Part shown: positions 1 to 9,313 of the stretch, one piece after another
How the letters are laid out: each line of letters opens with the position of its first letter
Numbering within the stretch: position 1 is the stretch's first letter
From: Bacteroidales bacterium
Lineage (GTDB): Bacteria; Bacteroidota; Bacteroidia; Bacteroidales; UBA1402
Direction of reading: 5' to 3'
Assembly: GCA_012718945.1 (NCBI GenBank)
Contig: JAAYBL010000019.1
Location: 1-51,387, forward strand
Length of the DNA stretch: 51,387 bases
Program-made: the position numbers and the translations under genes
Notes under the pieces: model-generated
What the model saw: only the letters and a program-made list of their open reading frames with translations
What the model was told of the DNA's origin: nothing
The model's database searches: none

Positions 1-2
1 AC

Positions 3-401
3 CGTCAACAAATGACCGTTTTCCCTGACGGGAGCAGTGGTAAACCAGCTGTGACCCACTATCGGGTGCTCGAACGATTGGGGTATGTAACCCTGCTGGA
101 ATGCAGGCTTGAAACAGGCAGAACCCATCAGATCAGAGCCCACATGAAACACATCGGTCATCCCTTGTTCAATGACGAACGCTACGGCGGACACGAAATA
201 CTTAAGGGGACGACTTACGCCAAATATACCCAGTTTGTCCGCAATTGCTTCGAGTTGTGTCCGCGGCAGGCTTTGCATGCCAGGACTTTAGGCTTTACAC
301 ATCCCAACGGTGAACACCTGCATTTTGAAGCGCCCCTGCCTGCTGACATGACTGCGTTGATTGAGAAATGGCGTCAGTACACCGCATCAAGAACCATTTA
401 A
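3..401 (+). CDS. RluA/RluD-family pseudouridine synthase, C-terminal part (5' end outside the window)
   Basis: Motifs AVTHYRVLE, LETGRTHQIRAHM, GHPLFND and RQALHA. The frame is open from the window start. Confidence 0.92.
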   Translation, partial: RQQMTVFPDGSSGKPAVTHYRVLERLGYVTLLECRLETGRTHQIRAHMKHIGHPLFNDERYGGHEILKGTTYAKYTQFVRNCFELCPRQALHARTLGFTHPNGEHLHFEAPLPADMTALIEKWRQYTASRTI

Positions 402-418
402 ATACGTATCTTAGCAAC

Positions 419-1399
419 ATGAAACGAACGATTGCCATCGTATGTGGAGGGGATTCCTCCGAAATGGGTGTCTCACTCAAGAGTGCCCAGGGGCTGTATG
501 GATTCATCGACAAGCATCGCTACAATCCTTTTATTGTCGTACTCAGCAAAGCCTCCTGGAAGGCCATGTTGGATGATGGCGCGGAAGAAGTCATAGATCG
601 TAATGATTTTAGTTTTCAGGATAAGACCGGCCGTCGTGTCAGGTTTGACTTTGCTTGGATCACCATACACGGTACACCGGGCGAGGATGGCCTCCTGCAG
701 GGGTATTTTGAACTGATTGGCCTGCCCTACAGTTGTTGCGGGGTATTAGCCGCCGCCATTACCTTCAATAAGTTTACCTGCAACCAATACCTGAAAGGGT
801 TTGGGGTGAAGGTGGCCGATTCTTTGTTGCTCAGGAAGGGACAAACCATTTCAACGGACGACCTGGTTGCCCGATTAGGTTTGCCCTGCTTCGTTAAATC
901 GAACGTGGGTGGTTCCAGTTTTGGTGTTAGCAAGGTGACGACGCCTGATGACGTTCAACCTGCCATCGAACGGGCATTTAGTGAGGGACCTGAGGTGGTG
1001 GCTGAAGCCTTTCTGAAGGGCACCGAACTTACTTGTGGTTGTTTTAAAACCAAGCAGGAAACCAGGGTGCTGCCTGTGACAGAAGTGGTGCCTCAGAATG
1101 ATTTTTTCGATTACGATGCCAAGTATAATGGTCAGGTTCAGGAAATTACACCAGCCCGTATCAGTGAGGAATTGACCAAACGCGTTCAACAGATTACCTC
1201 ATTGATTTACGATATCCTTGGCTGCAAGGGTATCATCAGAGTCGATTATATTATAACAGAAGAGGGTATCAACCTTCTTGAGGTAAATACCACACCGGGG
1301 ATGACGGCGACAAGTTTCATTCCTCAACAAGTAGCTGCAGCTGGTCTGACCATGACCGATGTCATGACCACTGTGATTGAAGACAGTTTTGACGCTTAA
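419..1399 (+). CDS. ddl: D-alanine--D-alanine ligase
   Basis: GGDSSE, IHGTPGEDG, GGSSFGV, FFDYDAKY and EVNTTPGMT motifs. Start moved to the ATG at 419 (MKRTIAIVCGG), which removes the overlap with the upstream gene. Confidence 0.96.
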   Translation: MKRTIAIVCGGDSSEMGVSLKSAQGLYGFIDKHRYNPFIVVLSKASWKAMLDDGAEEVIDRNDFSFQDKTGRRVRFDFAWITIHGTPGEDGLLQGYFELIGLPYSCCGVLAAAITFNKFTCNQYLKGFGVKVADSLLLRKGQTISTDDLVARLGLPCFVKSNVGGSSFGVSKVTTPDDVQPAIERAFSEGPEVVAEAFLKGTELTCGCFKTKQETRVLPVTEVVPQNDFFDYDAKYNGQVQEITPARISEELTKRVQQITSLIYDILGCKGIIRVDYIITEEGINLLEVNTTPGMTATSFIPQQVAAAGLTMTDVMTTVIEDSFDA

Positions 1400-1410
1400 T
1401 ACATTAAACC

Positions 1411-2571
1411 ATGGAAGCCAAACGATTTGATGAGATTCGCTCCTTTTACGACAAGGAAGTCCCCGAAGTAGTGCAACGACTTCTGGATGATCCATCCTTT
1501 TGCGAGGCCTTGAAACGCCTTTTCCCTACTATCCCTTTGATTGAACACGCCGACGCTATGCGCTCCTGTAAGAATGTCGGCGAATTCCAGCGTAGAATCA
1601 TTTACCCGGTAATCAGAAATCTTGCCGACAAGACCACGGCTGCTCTTGATTTGTCGGGGTTCAAATACCTGGACAAAAGTCAATCATACACCTTCATCAC
1701 CAACCATAGGGATATTATCCTTGATTCGGCGTTCCTGGATATACTCTTGATTGAAAAGGGTTTGGATACTTTCGAAATCGCCATTGGCGATAACCTGCTG
1801 GCTTTTCCCTGGATAAAGGACATTGTACGGCTCAATAAGAGTTTTCTGGTGAAGCGCAATTTGTCCGTGAGACAACAATTGATGGCATCATTGGAGTTGT
1901 CCTCCTACATCCAACATGTGCTGCACGACAAGAATCAATCTATTTGGATAGCACAGCGGGAGGGCCGTGCCAAGGATTCAGACGATCGCACCCAGGAAAG
2001 TGTCTTGAAAATGTTAAATCTGTGTGGTACCGGTAGCGTTTTGGAAAATCTTGCGTCTATTCAATTAGTACCGGTTTCCATATCGTACGAGTATGATCCG
2101 TGTGATTACCTCAAAGCGATGGAAATGCAGCTCAAGCGCGACAATCCGTCTTACGTCAAGACAAGAGGCGATGACTTATTGAACATGCAAACCGGACTGA
2201 TGGGATTTAAGGGACGTGTCTTCTACAAAGTCACGCCTTGTATTTCAAAAGAACTAACCGAAATGGAGGCAAGCGGTATGCACAAGAATGAATTGTTTGA
2301 GAACGTTGCCAAGTTGATTGACCACAGGATACACATGAATTATCATTTGTACCCAGGCAACTATGTGGCTGCCGATATGTTGGACGGCTTGAATCAGTTT
2401 GCTCACAGCTATTCGGCCAAGGAAAAGGAACAGTTTGCGTCCTACCTCAAACAGCAACTGGATAAAATCGACTTGCCCAACAAAGATGAAGATTTTCTCA
2501 GAAAGCGTATGCTGGAAATGTATGCCAACCCTTTAAAAAACAAAAAGCAAGCTGATGCTGTCATGCGTTAA
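1411..2571 (+). CDS. Glycerolipid acyltransferase (PlsC/GPAT superfamily)
   Basis: Catalytic HX4D motif (NHRDIILD), plus IAIGDNL and WIAQREGRAKD blocks. Confidence 0.88.
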   Translation: MEAKRFDEIRSFYDKEVPEVVQRLLDDPSFCEALKRLFPTIPLIEHADAMRSCKNVGEFQRRIIYPVIRNLADKTTAALDLSGFKYLDKSQSYTFITNHRDIILDSAFLDILLIEKGLDTFEIAIGDNLLAFPWIKDIVRLNKSFLVKRNLSVRQQLMASLELSSYIQHVLHDKNQSIWIAQREGRAKDSDDRTQESVLKMLNLCGTGSVLENLASIQLVPVSISYEYDPCDYLKAMEMQLKRDNPSYVKTRGDDLLNMQTGLMGFKGRVFYKVTPCISKELTEMEASGMHKNELFENVAKLIDHRIHMNYHLYPGNYVAADMLDGLNQFAHSYSAKEKEQFASYLKQQLDKIDLPNKDEDFLRKRMLEMYANPLKNKKQADAVMR

Positions 2572-2586
2572 CACATGATGATTCCT

Positions 2587-3291
2587 ATGAAAAAGCTACT
2601 CCCCTTGTTTGCCGTCTTTATGTTGACGGTTAGTGTTACATCTTGTTTGGATTGGGATAATGAAGAGGAACTCTCGTACCTGACTTGGGCGACGGTGACT
2701 TCCAATGAAAAAGCACCAACCTTAAGGGCCGACAATGGAATGATCCTGGAGGTCTTGAACAATGTCTTGACAGACACCACGTTCTACGAGATCGGTGACA
2801 GGGTTTACCTTCAATATACGTATGGGGACACCTCCCAGGCAAACGGTACCCATTATCCCATCTATTTGTCCAACTACATGAAGATGGTGACTAAATCGTA
2901 TGTGACCGTGGCCAATGATACGGACGATGTGTATCTGTCCAAGCCTTTTTCAAGGGTTAATTCAGCCATTTTATCGGGTGGTTATCTAAATTGCATCCTA
3001 CAGACATTTGCCTCCTACGCTACCCTCAATACGGTTGAATTGGTGCGTTACAAGGTGGAAGAACAAAACCTGCCCACGGATACCCTGCCTGTTATTCTGA
3101 TGACGTTGAAACACAATGCGACGTCGGTTGATTATAATTATGTGCAGATGAGGGGACTGAGCTATAGTTTGGATTCCCTTGCCACTGAGTTTCCCCAGGC
3201 GAAGACGTTCAAACTGCGCTTATCCTGGACGGACGACAGCAAATTCAACACCTTCGACTTGCTATACTCCCCTTCCTCCAATACCCCGTAA
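2587..3291 (+). CDS. NigD-like lipoprotein (paralog 1)
   Basis: Lipobox VTSC followed by acidic LDWDNEEE. RADNG...GDRVYLQY resembles the NigD N-terminal domain and GGYLN...HN...SYSLDSL the C-terminal domain. The start could be 2575, 2578 or 2587. Confidence 0.68.
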   Translation: MKKLLPLFAVFMLTVSVTSCLDWDNEEELSYLTWATVTSNEKAPTLRADNGMILEVLNNVLTDTTFYEIGDRVYLQYTYGDTSQANGTHYPIYLSNYMKMVTKSYVTVANDTDDVYLSKPFSRVNSAILSGGYLNCILQTFASYATLNTVELVRYKVEEQNLPTDTLPVILMTLKHNATSVDYNYVQMRGLSYSLDSLATEFPQAKTFKLRLSWTDDSKFNTFDLLYSPSSNTP

Positions 3292-3297
3292 CCGCAC

Positions 3298-4011
3298 ATG
3301 GTCAAGCGTCTTAGGATTCTGTTGGTCGGATTGACCGTCGTCGCTCTGCTGAGTGTCGGCTGCTCCGATGAATACAAGGATATGACGACGTCCTTTCAGA
3401 CAGATCTATGTGTGATTGCGCAATCACACACAAATCAGTCTCTAAGTTTGATTACAGACCTTGGAGCGTTACTGTTCCCTGCTGCTGAATTGGATAGTCA
3501 ATACTATAAGGTCGGTGACCGTTACCTGGTGACGTACATCCCCATGGACTCTACGGGGACCACTCCCGGTAAACTATTGGCCGTTAGTGGCAGGCCTGTT
3601 CGTGTGTTGGAAATGCAACCGGTGTTGGTCAAGCCCATCCTTGATCCATCCGATTCAACAGGGGCGTTGGGTGACGACCCCGTTAAATTGATCACTTTTC
3701 CCTGGCTGGGTGGCGGTTTTCTGAATATGGAATTCAAACTTCGTTACCACAACGAAACCATCAAACATGGTGTTTTTCTGATGGCTGATTCAACCGTCGC
3801 TCGACAGGATGGAACAACGATTTACTTGACGTTCAAGCACAATGCCAATGGCGATGGGGCTAATTTGCAAGCCACCTCATTGGTATCCTTCTCATTGTCT
3901 TCTCTTCCCGATGTCGCGCTGGCTGACAGCCTGGTGGTCAGTCTGCTTGAGTGGACGGATAATGGCAACATTATTAATAGCTACAGGTTGCCCAATCGGG
4001 TGAATAAATGA
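3298..4011 (+). CDS. NigD-like lipoprotein (paralog 2)
   Basis: Lipobox SVGC then SDEY. Pattern TDLGALLFP...VGDRYLVTY, GDDPV, WLGGGFLNMEF, LTFKHNANGD and VSFSLSSL is typical of NigD-like proteins. Confidence 0.78.
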   Translation: MVKRLRILLVGLTVVALLSVGCSDEYKDMTTSFQTDLCVIAQSHTNQSLSLITDLGALLFPAAELDSQYYKVGDRYLVTYIPMDSTGTTPGKLLAVSGRPVRVLEMQPVLVKPILDPSDSTGALGDDPVKLITFPWLGGGFLNMEFKLRYHNETIKHGVFLMADSTVARQDGTTIYLTFKHNANGDGANLQATSLVSFSLSSLPDVALADSLVVSLLEWTDNGNIINSYRLPNRVNK

Positions 4012-4022
4012 CCTTTCGGTCG

Positions 4023-5216
4023 TTAGGAATCCAAGGTGTTTTCTTCGTTTGCAGGGGCCTCTTCTTCGGAAGGGTGCTTGTCGTTGCCGGCAACTTGTTC
4101 CCAGCGGCTATCCGGGTCAAGTACCAGCTTTTCAATCATGGCTCCTTTGATGACAAAACGACGGTAATAGGAGATCATGAGGGTCGTGACCGGTAGGGCC
4201 AGAATCATGCCCACCATGCCGAACAAGGCCCCCCAAATGGAAAGTGACAGCAAGATGATGGCTGGATTCAGTCCTGTGGCTTTACCCATGATGTTGGGGG
4301 TAAGCAGCACTTCCTCGATGATTTGGACGATGGCAAATACGGCTAGAATGGACACGGCTACCCAGAAAAAGTTCTGATCGTACTCGGCTGCCTTAATGGC
4401 GCCCAGCAAGAGACCTGGCAAAATGGCGACCGTTTGCAGGTAGGGCACCATGTTCATTAAGCCGGCTGTCAAACCAAATATGATGCCCATGGGTAGGTTA
4501 ATGATGCTGAAGCCGATGGCAAACAGGATACCCACAATAAAGGCAATCAAGGCCTGTCCCCTGAAATACTTGTTCATGCCTTCTTTAAGGTCTTCGCCCA
4601 CTTGCAGGATGAAAGGTCTGTAATGCTTGGGAATCAGCTCAATCCAGTTGGTGGAAATGTGCTCATAATCCTTGAGGATGAAGATGAGGTACAACAAGAC
4701 CATAAAGGATAATACGACATTGATGATAACACTGCCAGCCTTGGTGAAAACAGTCCAGAGATGGGGCAGTATGGCCTTAAACAGGCTCTCCAGATTATCA
4801 AAAGAGAGGGTGGATGTATCAAAACTTCCCAAAAACTGTTGAATGGTTGCCAGGATGGCAGGAGGTACCTCAATCCCCAGTGTATTGTCAGCAATCATGC
4901 GGTTGACAATCTCCATGGCTTTCTTGGTTTCTTCAATGACAGGTGGGATGAGTAGATAGGCCATTAAAAAGAGTACACCAAATACTGTCAACAAGGTAAC
5001 GGTGATGGCAAGGATGCGGTTTTTCAACCTGAGTTTGTATTGAAAAAAGTGCATCAGGGGGTACATAAGGTAGGCCAGTAGCCAAGCCAGCAAGAAGGGG
5101 AGGAGTACGTCGCTCAATCGGTTGACCAACAGACCTGTGGCCACTAGGATGATGACCCCTATGATGATGCGTACGATGCGGTCCAGGGTAAAGGGCTTTC
5201 TGGTGTTCGGGCTCAT
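4023..5216 (-). CDS. AI-2E family transporter
   Basis: Multi-pass membrane protein with YFRGQ, MVPYL and PNIMGKATGLNP...WGALFG...LALP motifs. Start set at MSPNTRKPFT (5216), downstream of a -7 box. Confidence 0.92.
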   Translation of the reverse strand: MSPNTRKPFTLDRIVRIIIGVIILVATGLLVNRLSDVLLPFLLAWLLAYLMYPLMHFFQYKLRLKNRILAITVTLLTVFGVLFLMAYLLIPPVIEETKKAMEIVNRMIADNTLGIEVPPAILATIQQFLGSFDTSTLSFDNLESLFKAILPHLWTVFTKAGSVIINVVLSFMVLLYLIFILKDYEHISTNWIELIPKHYRPFILQVGEDLKEGMNKYFRGQALIAFIVGILFAIGFSIINLPMGIIFGLTAGLMNMVPYLQTVAILPGLLLGAIKAAEYDQNFFWVAVSILAVFAIVQIIEEVLLTPNIMGKATGLNPAIILLSLSIWGALFGMVGMILALPVTTLMISYYRRFVIKGAMIEKLVLDPDSRWEQVAGNDKHPSEEEAPANEENTLDS

Positions 5217-5250
5217 GGTTGATTGGTTTATGTACGGATGGCGGTCACCG

Positions 5251-5258
5251 CAAATATA
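5251..5258 (-). promoter_or_regulatory. Bacteroidota sigma-A -7 element (TATATTTG) for the AI-2E gene
   Basis: Exact TAnnTTTG match on the minus strand, 34 nt before the ATG. Confidence 0.65.
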
Positions 5259-5291
5259 GGTAAGAATTGCGGTGGATTGAATGCCAAGTCG

Positions 5292-5299
5292 TACATTTG
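5292..5299 (+). promoter_or_regulatory. -7 element (TACATTTG) for dacB
   Basis: Exact TAnnTTTG match 14 nt before ATG 5314. Confidence 0.65.
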
Positions 5300-5313
5300 T
5301 TAAAAATTGACGC

Positions 5314-6780
5314 ATGAAACTGTCTTTGCTCTCTTTGTTGATGATCTGCGGATTGGCCTTCAACATGAAGGCTGAGGAGACGCCCGTTGTTGGTAAGCGT
5401 CAACCGCTGTCCGGGCATGTGGAAAGCATATCATGCGATTTGACTGGTCCCCGTTACCGTCAATCCCTGGTGGCTCTTGCAACATTGGATGCGTCATCTG
5501 GCCAGGTGATAACAGCGTACAACAGCGATTTACCTTTGGTTCCAGCCTCCGTCCTGAAATTAGTGACGACAGCCACGGCGCTTGAGTTGCTGGGACCTGA
5601 ACACCGCTTCGAGACAGGATTGGACTATGTGGGCACCTTAAAAAATGGTGTTTTGGAGGGTGACCTGGTTATCAGGGGCGGTGGCGATCCGACCTTAGGC
5701 TCCAAACATCTTGGCGAAAACAGTGATGCTTACTTGTCAACGTTGATTTCCCAAGTGAAAGCCGCCGGCATCAAGGCGGTCAAGGGACGGGTAGTCGGTG
5801 ATGCTGGCCTTTTTGATGAGGAACCCCTTTCGCCCTATTGGTTGTGGGAAGACATAGGCAACTATTACGCCGCCGGGATCTGCGGTTTAGGCGTGAGGGA
5901 TAACAGCTATACGTTGAACTTGCGTTCAGGGGCTCCAGGTAGCAACCCCGATGTCTTAGGCACTGAACCTCCATTGCCGCGCTTGCAGATTGACAATCAT
6001 CTGGTGGCGGCTCCCAACAATAAGGACAGTGCTTACCTCTATGGGCAGCCCTATGATTGGCATCGCAGCCTGCATGGCACCATGCCGGCCAATAAAGCAT
6101 TCTTCAGTATCAAGGGTGATCTGCCCGATCCTCCCTTGTATGCGGCTTCAGCCTTGCGTGATGCCTTGGTAAAGAACGGAATCACGGTAGATAAGGCACC
6201 GGCAACTCTACGGACATACTCCCTGCCTAAGGCCAAATGCGTTCGCTTGGGAGTCGTGAAATCACCCCCGCTCAAACAGATTATCACCATTATTCATCAT
6301 CACAGTGACAATATCTATGCTGAATATTTGTTGCGCCAGTTAGCGGGGGTGCAGTATGCGCCTCCCTATACGGCCAGGCAAGGTTTGTCTGTCATTTACG
6401 ATTACTGGCAACGCAAAGGACTGGATACCGATGGTTTGTTGATGGTCGATGGGTCGGGTTTGTCACCGGTCAACCGCTTGTCTGCTCGTTTTTTAGGTGA
6501 CTTGTTGGCCTTCATGAGCAGTCGTAGCAACTATGGCGAGGTTTTTGAGGCAACGTTGCCCAAGGCTGGTATGGAAGGTACGGTGGCTTCCTTTCTGAAA
6601 GGGACATCCCTGGCTGGCAAGTTCAGGCTGAAAAGTGGATCCAACCAGTATACCACGGCCTATGCCGGTTATGGTTCCCTCAATGGGACAAAGCAGGTGG
6701 TTGTGATGTTGGTGAATCATACAAACTTGTCCCCATGGCAGATACGTAAGGATATGGCTGATTTCTTGCTTGGACGTTGA
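5314..6780 (+). CDS. dacB: D-alanyl-D-alanine carboxypeptidase/endopeptidase (PBP4, peptidase S13)
   Basis: Signal peptide, SxxK (PASVLK), GGGDPTL, SxN (HSDN), DGSGLS and K[ST]G (KSG) motifs. Confidence 0.94.
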   Translation: MKLSLLSLLMICGLAFNMKAEETPVVGKRQPLSGHVESISCDLTGPRYRQSLVALATLDASSGQVITAYNSDLPLVPASVLKLVTTATALELLGPEHRFETGLDYVGTLKNGVLEGDLVIRGGGDPTLGSKHLGENSDAYLSTLISQVKAAGIKAVKGRVVGDAGLFDEEPLSPYWLWEDIGNYYAAGICGLGVRDNSYTLNLRSGAPGSNPDVLGTEPPLPRLQIDNHLVAAPNNKDSAYLYGQPYDWHRSLHGTMPANKAFFSIKGDLPDPPLYAASALRDALVKNGITVDKAPATLRTYSLPKAKCVRLGVVKSPPLKQIITIIHHHSDNIYAEYLLRQLAGVQYAPPYTARQGLSVIYDYWQRKGLDTDGLLMVDGSGLSPVNRLSARFLGDLLAFMSSRSNYGEVFEATLPKAGMEGTVASFLKGTSLAGKFRLKSGSNQYTTAYAGYGSLNGTKQVVVMLVNHTNLSPWQIRKDMADFLLGR

Positions 6781-6788
6781 TTTTTTTC

Positions 6789-6796
6789 TACTTTTG
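6789..6796 (+). promoter_or_regulatory. -7 element (TACTTTTG)
   Basis: TAnnTTTG match 21 nt before ATG 6818. Confidence 0.6.
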
Positions 6797-6817
6797 TGCG
6801 CTGAAAACGAACGTCTC

Positions 6818-7339
6818 ATGAATGCCGATGCGCTTATTGTACAGGAAGTCCAGGAACTGCGGTTGCTGGTTAAGGGACTGAGCAGGATAGAGGCGTTTCC
6901 TGCTGAGCTACTGGAACTGATGGTGGCAAAACTGGATCGCCTGGAAAATCTGTTGGCTTCGGATTCAGAGGAGATGAGCTTCGCTTCCGAAGAACAATTG
7001 GTTCAACCTACCACCTCCGACGAACAACAGGTTCAACCCACCGTACAAGAAATCCATGAGCCTCTACCCGAGGTGGCTCCCTCCGTTTCTGAAGGACGCC
7101 TCGAACACATAAAGGTCTCGCTGACATTGAACGATAGGTTCCTTTTTCAACGAGAGCTATTTGGCAATAATCCTCAGCGCATGGCCGCCTTCTTTAGCGA
7201 GTTGAGCCAATTATCTTCCCTACCGGAGGCCAGTACCTTGCTTAAGACCTACTGCCCCGATTCCGGGCAGACGGAAGGACATGCCGCGCTGACGGCCCTT
7301 ATGGAACAATGGTTTCCCGCCCCTACGGGCTTAGAGTAA
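6818..7339 (+). CDS. Hypothetical protein upstream of rsmI (helical ends, acidic/Pro-rich linker)
   Basis: The C-terminal LTLNDRFLFQRELF block is recalled from Bacteroidales hypotheticals. Start moved to ATG 6818, downstream of the -7 box. Confidence 0.75.
   Translation: MNADALIVQEVQELRLLVKGLSRIEAFPAELLELMVAKLDRLENLLASDSEEMSFASEEQLVQPTTSDEQQVQPTVQEIHEPLPEVAPSVSEGRLEHIKVSLTLNDRFLFQRELFGNNPQRMAAFFSELSQLSSLPEASTLLKTYCPDSGQTEGHAALTALMEQWFPAPTGLE
6986..7045 (+). repeat. Two-copy 30-bp in-frame tandem repeat (SEEQLVQPTT / SDEQQVQPTV)
   Basis: tccgaagaacaattggttcaacctaccacc versus tccgacgaacaacaggttcaacccaccgta: 23 of the first 27 nt are identical. Confidence 0.85.
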
Positions 7340-7345
7340 TCCGAC

Positions 7346-8020
7346 ATGGCAACCTTAACCATCGTGCCCACACCGGTGGGTAATCTGGAAGACATCACGC
7401 TGAGAGCATTGACAGTCTTGAAAAGTTGTGATGTGATTCTGGCCGAAGACACCAGGACGACGGGTGTGCTGCTCAAACACTATGGGATTACAACACCCAT
7501 GCTTTCTCACCATAAGTTTAATGAACACAAAACCGTGGAAAACCTGGTCAAACGTCTGCAAGGCGGTGAGTCCATGGCTTTGGTCTCTGATGCTGGCACG
7601 CCTTGCATCTCTGATCCCGGTTTTTTATTGGTTAGACAATGTGTTGCAGAAGGCGTGACGGTCGAATGCCTGCCCGGCGCAACAGCGATGGTCCCTGCCT
7701 TGGTCGTTTCAGGTTTGCCCTCCGACCGCTTCCATTTTGAAGGCTTCCTGCCCGTCAAAAAAGGTAGGCAAACCCGTCTGAAACAACTTGCAGTCTTGCC
7801 TGTGACAGTTGTGTTGTATGAATCACCTTATAGGGTGTTAAAAACATTGACTCAGTTGGCTGAGTTCTTTGGTGCTGAACGACAAGCTTCTGCCTCCAGA
7901 GAAATCAGTAAACACTTTGAAGAAACCGTGAGGGGATCACTCTCCGAATTGGTTGACCATTTTACAGCCCACGAGCCCAGGGGGGAGTTCGTGTTGGTCA
8001 TTGCCGGTACCCCTGAATAA
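7346..8020 (+). CDS. rsmI: 16S rRNA (cytidine1402-2'-O)-methyltransferase
   Basis: VPTPVGNLEDIT, LAEDTR, LVSDAGTPCISDPG, YESPYR and REISK motifs. Confidence 0.96.
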   Translation: MATLTIVPTPVGNLEDITLRALTVLKSCDVILAEDTRTTGVLLKHYGITTPMLSHHKFNEHKTVENLVKRLQGGESMALVSDAGTPCISDPGFLLVRQCVAEGVTVECLPGATAMVPALVVSGLPSDRFHFEGFLPVKKGRQTRLKQLAVLPVTVVLYESPYRVLKTLTQLAEFFGAERQASASREISKHFEETVRGSLSELVDHFTAHEPRGEFVLVIAGTPE

Positions 8021-8044
8021 CTATCCATTAATTCATTGATAAAA

Positions 8045-8917
8045 ATGAAACGTATCATGTTGGCCGGAAGCACCTTGTTGCTTCCATTGTTGTTTGTCAT
8101 TCTGCTCTTACCGGCTTGCAACCGCACTTCCGATGCGTACAAAGCCCTCGAACAGGAAAAGGACTCCCTCTTGCTGGAGGAACAGAAGAAATCGGCTGAA
8201 CTTAATCAGATGCTGTCTGTCATCAATATGATTGAGGAAAACTTCAATCAAATCAAGGAGGCAGAAAACTATGTCACCTTTCAGGCCGGTCAACAGGAAA
8301 TTGCTCAAGACAGTATTGGGCGCATTGTCAACGACATTGAACTGATCAGGCGGACCTTGGTAGAGAATAAGAGTCAGATTGCCAGTTTGAAGAATCAGTT
8401 GGCAGCCAGTCGTAACGCTTCCGGGGAAATGAAACGGATGCTTGCCCGCCTCACCGCTCAGATTGAAGAACATGCCAAAACCATCACTTCCCTGCAAGAA
8501 CAGTTGGCGCTTAAGGACATCCGTATTCAGGAACTGGATGAACTCGTTCTGACGCTTGGTGATTCCATCTCGTCCTTGCGTACCAATGTGGCCGGTAAAG
8601 AAACGCAACTGGCTCAGAAAGAAGCAGAAATCAACAAGGTCTGGTTTGTGTTTGGAACCCGCAAGGAACTCAAGCAGCAGGAGATCTTCACGCGCAACGG
8701 TTTGCTCGTAGAAGGGTTCAACAAAGACTACTTCCTCGAAGAGGACGCCAGGACATTGACCGAGATACCATTGTATTCCAAAAAGGCCAAATTGTTGACA
8801 AATCACCCTGTCAGCAGCTATCAGTTAGAGAAGGTGAACGATTTTGTCGTACTTCATATTACAGACCCGAAGAAATTCTGGGAAATTTCTCACTATTTGG
8901 TTATTGAAGTGGATTAA
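8045..8917 (+). CDS. Coiled-coil lipoprotein (resembles the Cbp1-like family found next to rsmI)
   Basis: Lipobox LPAC, a long heptad region, and a C-terminal domain VWFVFGTRKEL...KLLTNHP...FW...YLVIEV. Confidence 0.7.
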   Translation: MKRIMLAGSTLLLPLLFVILLLPACNRTSDAYKALEQEKDSLLLEEQKKSAELNQMLSVINMIEENFNQIKEAENYVTFQAGQQEIAQDSIGRIVNDIELIRRTLVENKSQIASLKNQLAASRNASGEMKRMLARLTAQIEEHAKTITSLQEQLALKDIRIQELDELVLTLGDSISSLRTNVAGKETQLAQKEAEINKVWFVFGTRKELKQQEIFTRNGLLVEGFNKDYFLEEDARTLTEIPLYSKKAKLLTNHPVSSYQLEKVNDFVVLHITDPKKFWEISHYLVIEVD

Positions 8918-8955
8918 ACCAACAAACTGTTGCCCTACGATGGGCGGCTCCGTGT

Positions 8956-8996
8956 AACACCAAGTCAGTTTCTAAGCTGATTTGGTGTTTTTTTTT
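8956..8996 (+). terminator. Rho-independent terminator
   Basis: Stem AACACCAAGTCAG / CTGATTTGGTGTT (one G-U pair) followed by a T run. A small hairpin at 8929-8948 precedes it. Confidence 0.85.
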
Positions 8997-9305
8997 CATT
9001 TAAAACGCCCCTTTTTGACCACATTTATACGCATGTTGAATAAACATTCATTATATGTAAGTTACTTTTCGATTAATTATATAGCCAAAAAAGTAACTGG
9101 ATTGAAATATTGTGCAATGGAAAATAGTTGAATATATACGGCTTAAATATTTCTCATAGTGTTGATTGATAGTTAAATAGACGAAAATGTTGACCGCCAA
9201 CTCTCTGTTGGGGTTCATCCATAAAAGACAGCCTGAACCTATGCATAAGGTTCTTTTACCTTTTGCGCAGGAGTATTCACCGGTTAAAACAGATGAAAAA
9301 GTGTT

Positions 9306-9313
9306 TATATTTG
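9306..9313 (+). promoter_or_regulatory. -7 element (TATATTTG), probable susC promoter
   Basis: Exact TAnnTTTG match about 140 nt upstream of the susC ATG. No clear -33 TTTG. Confidence 0.6.

Noticed and set aside
1411-4011. Three consecutive same-frame genes suggesting a split gene or stop-codon recoding
   Set aside because: Each product looks complete and both lipoproteins have their own signal peptides. Stops elsewhere behave as in the standard bacterial code.
9060-9098. Invertible (phase-variable) promoter upstream of susC
   Set aside because: The 10-bp arms enclose only 19 nt with no promoter box, and there is no recombinase gene in the window.
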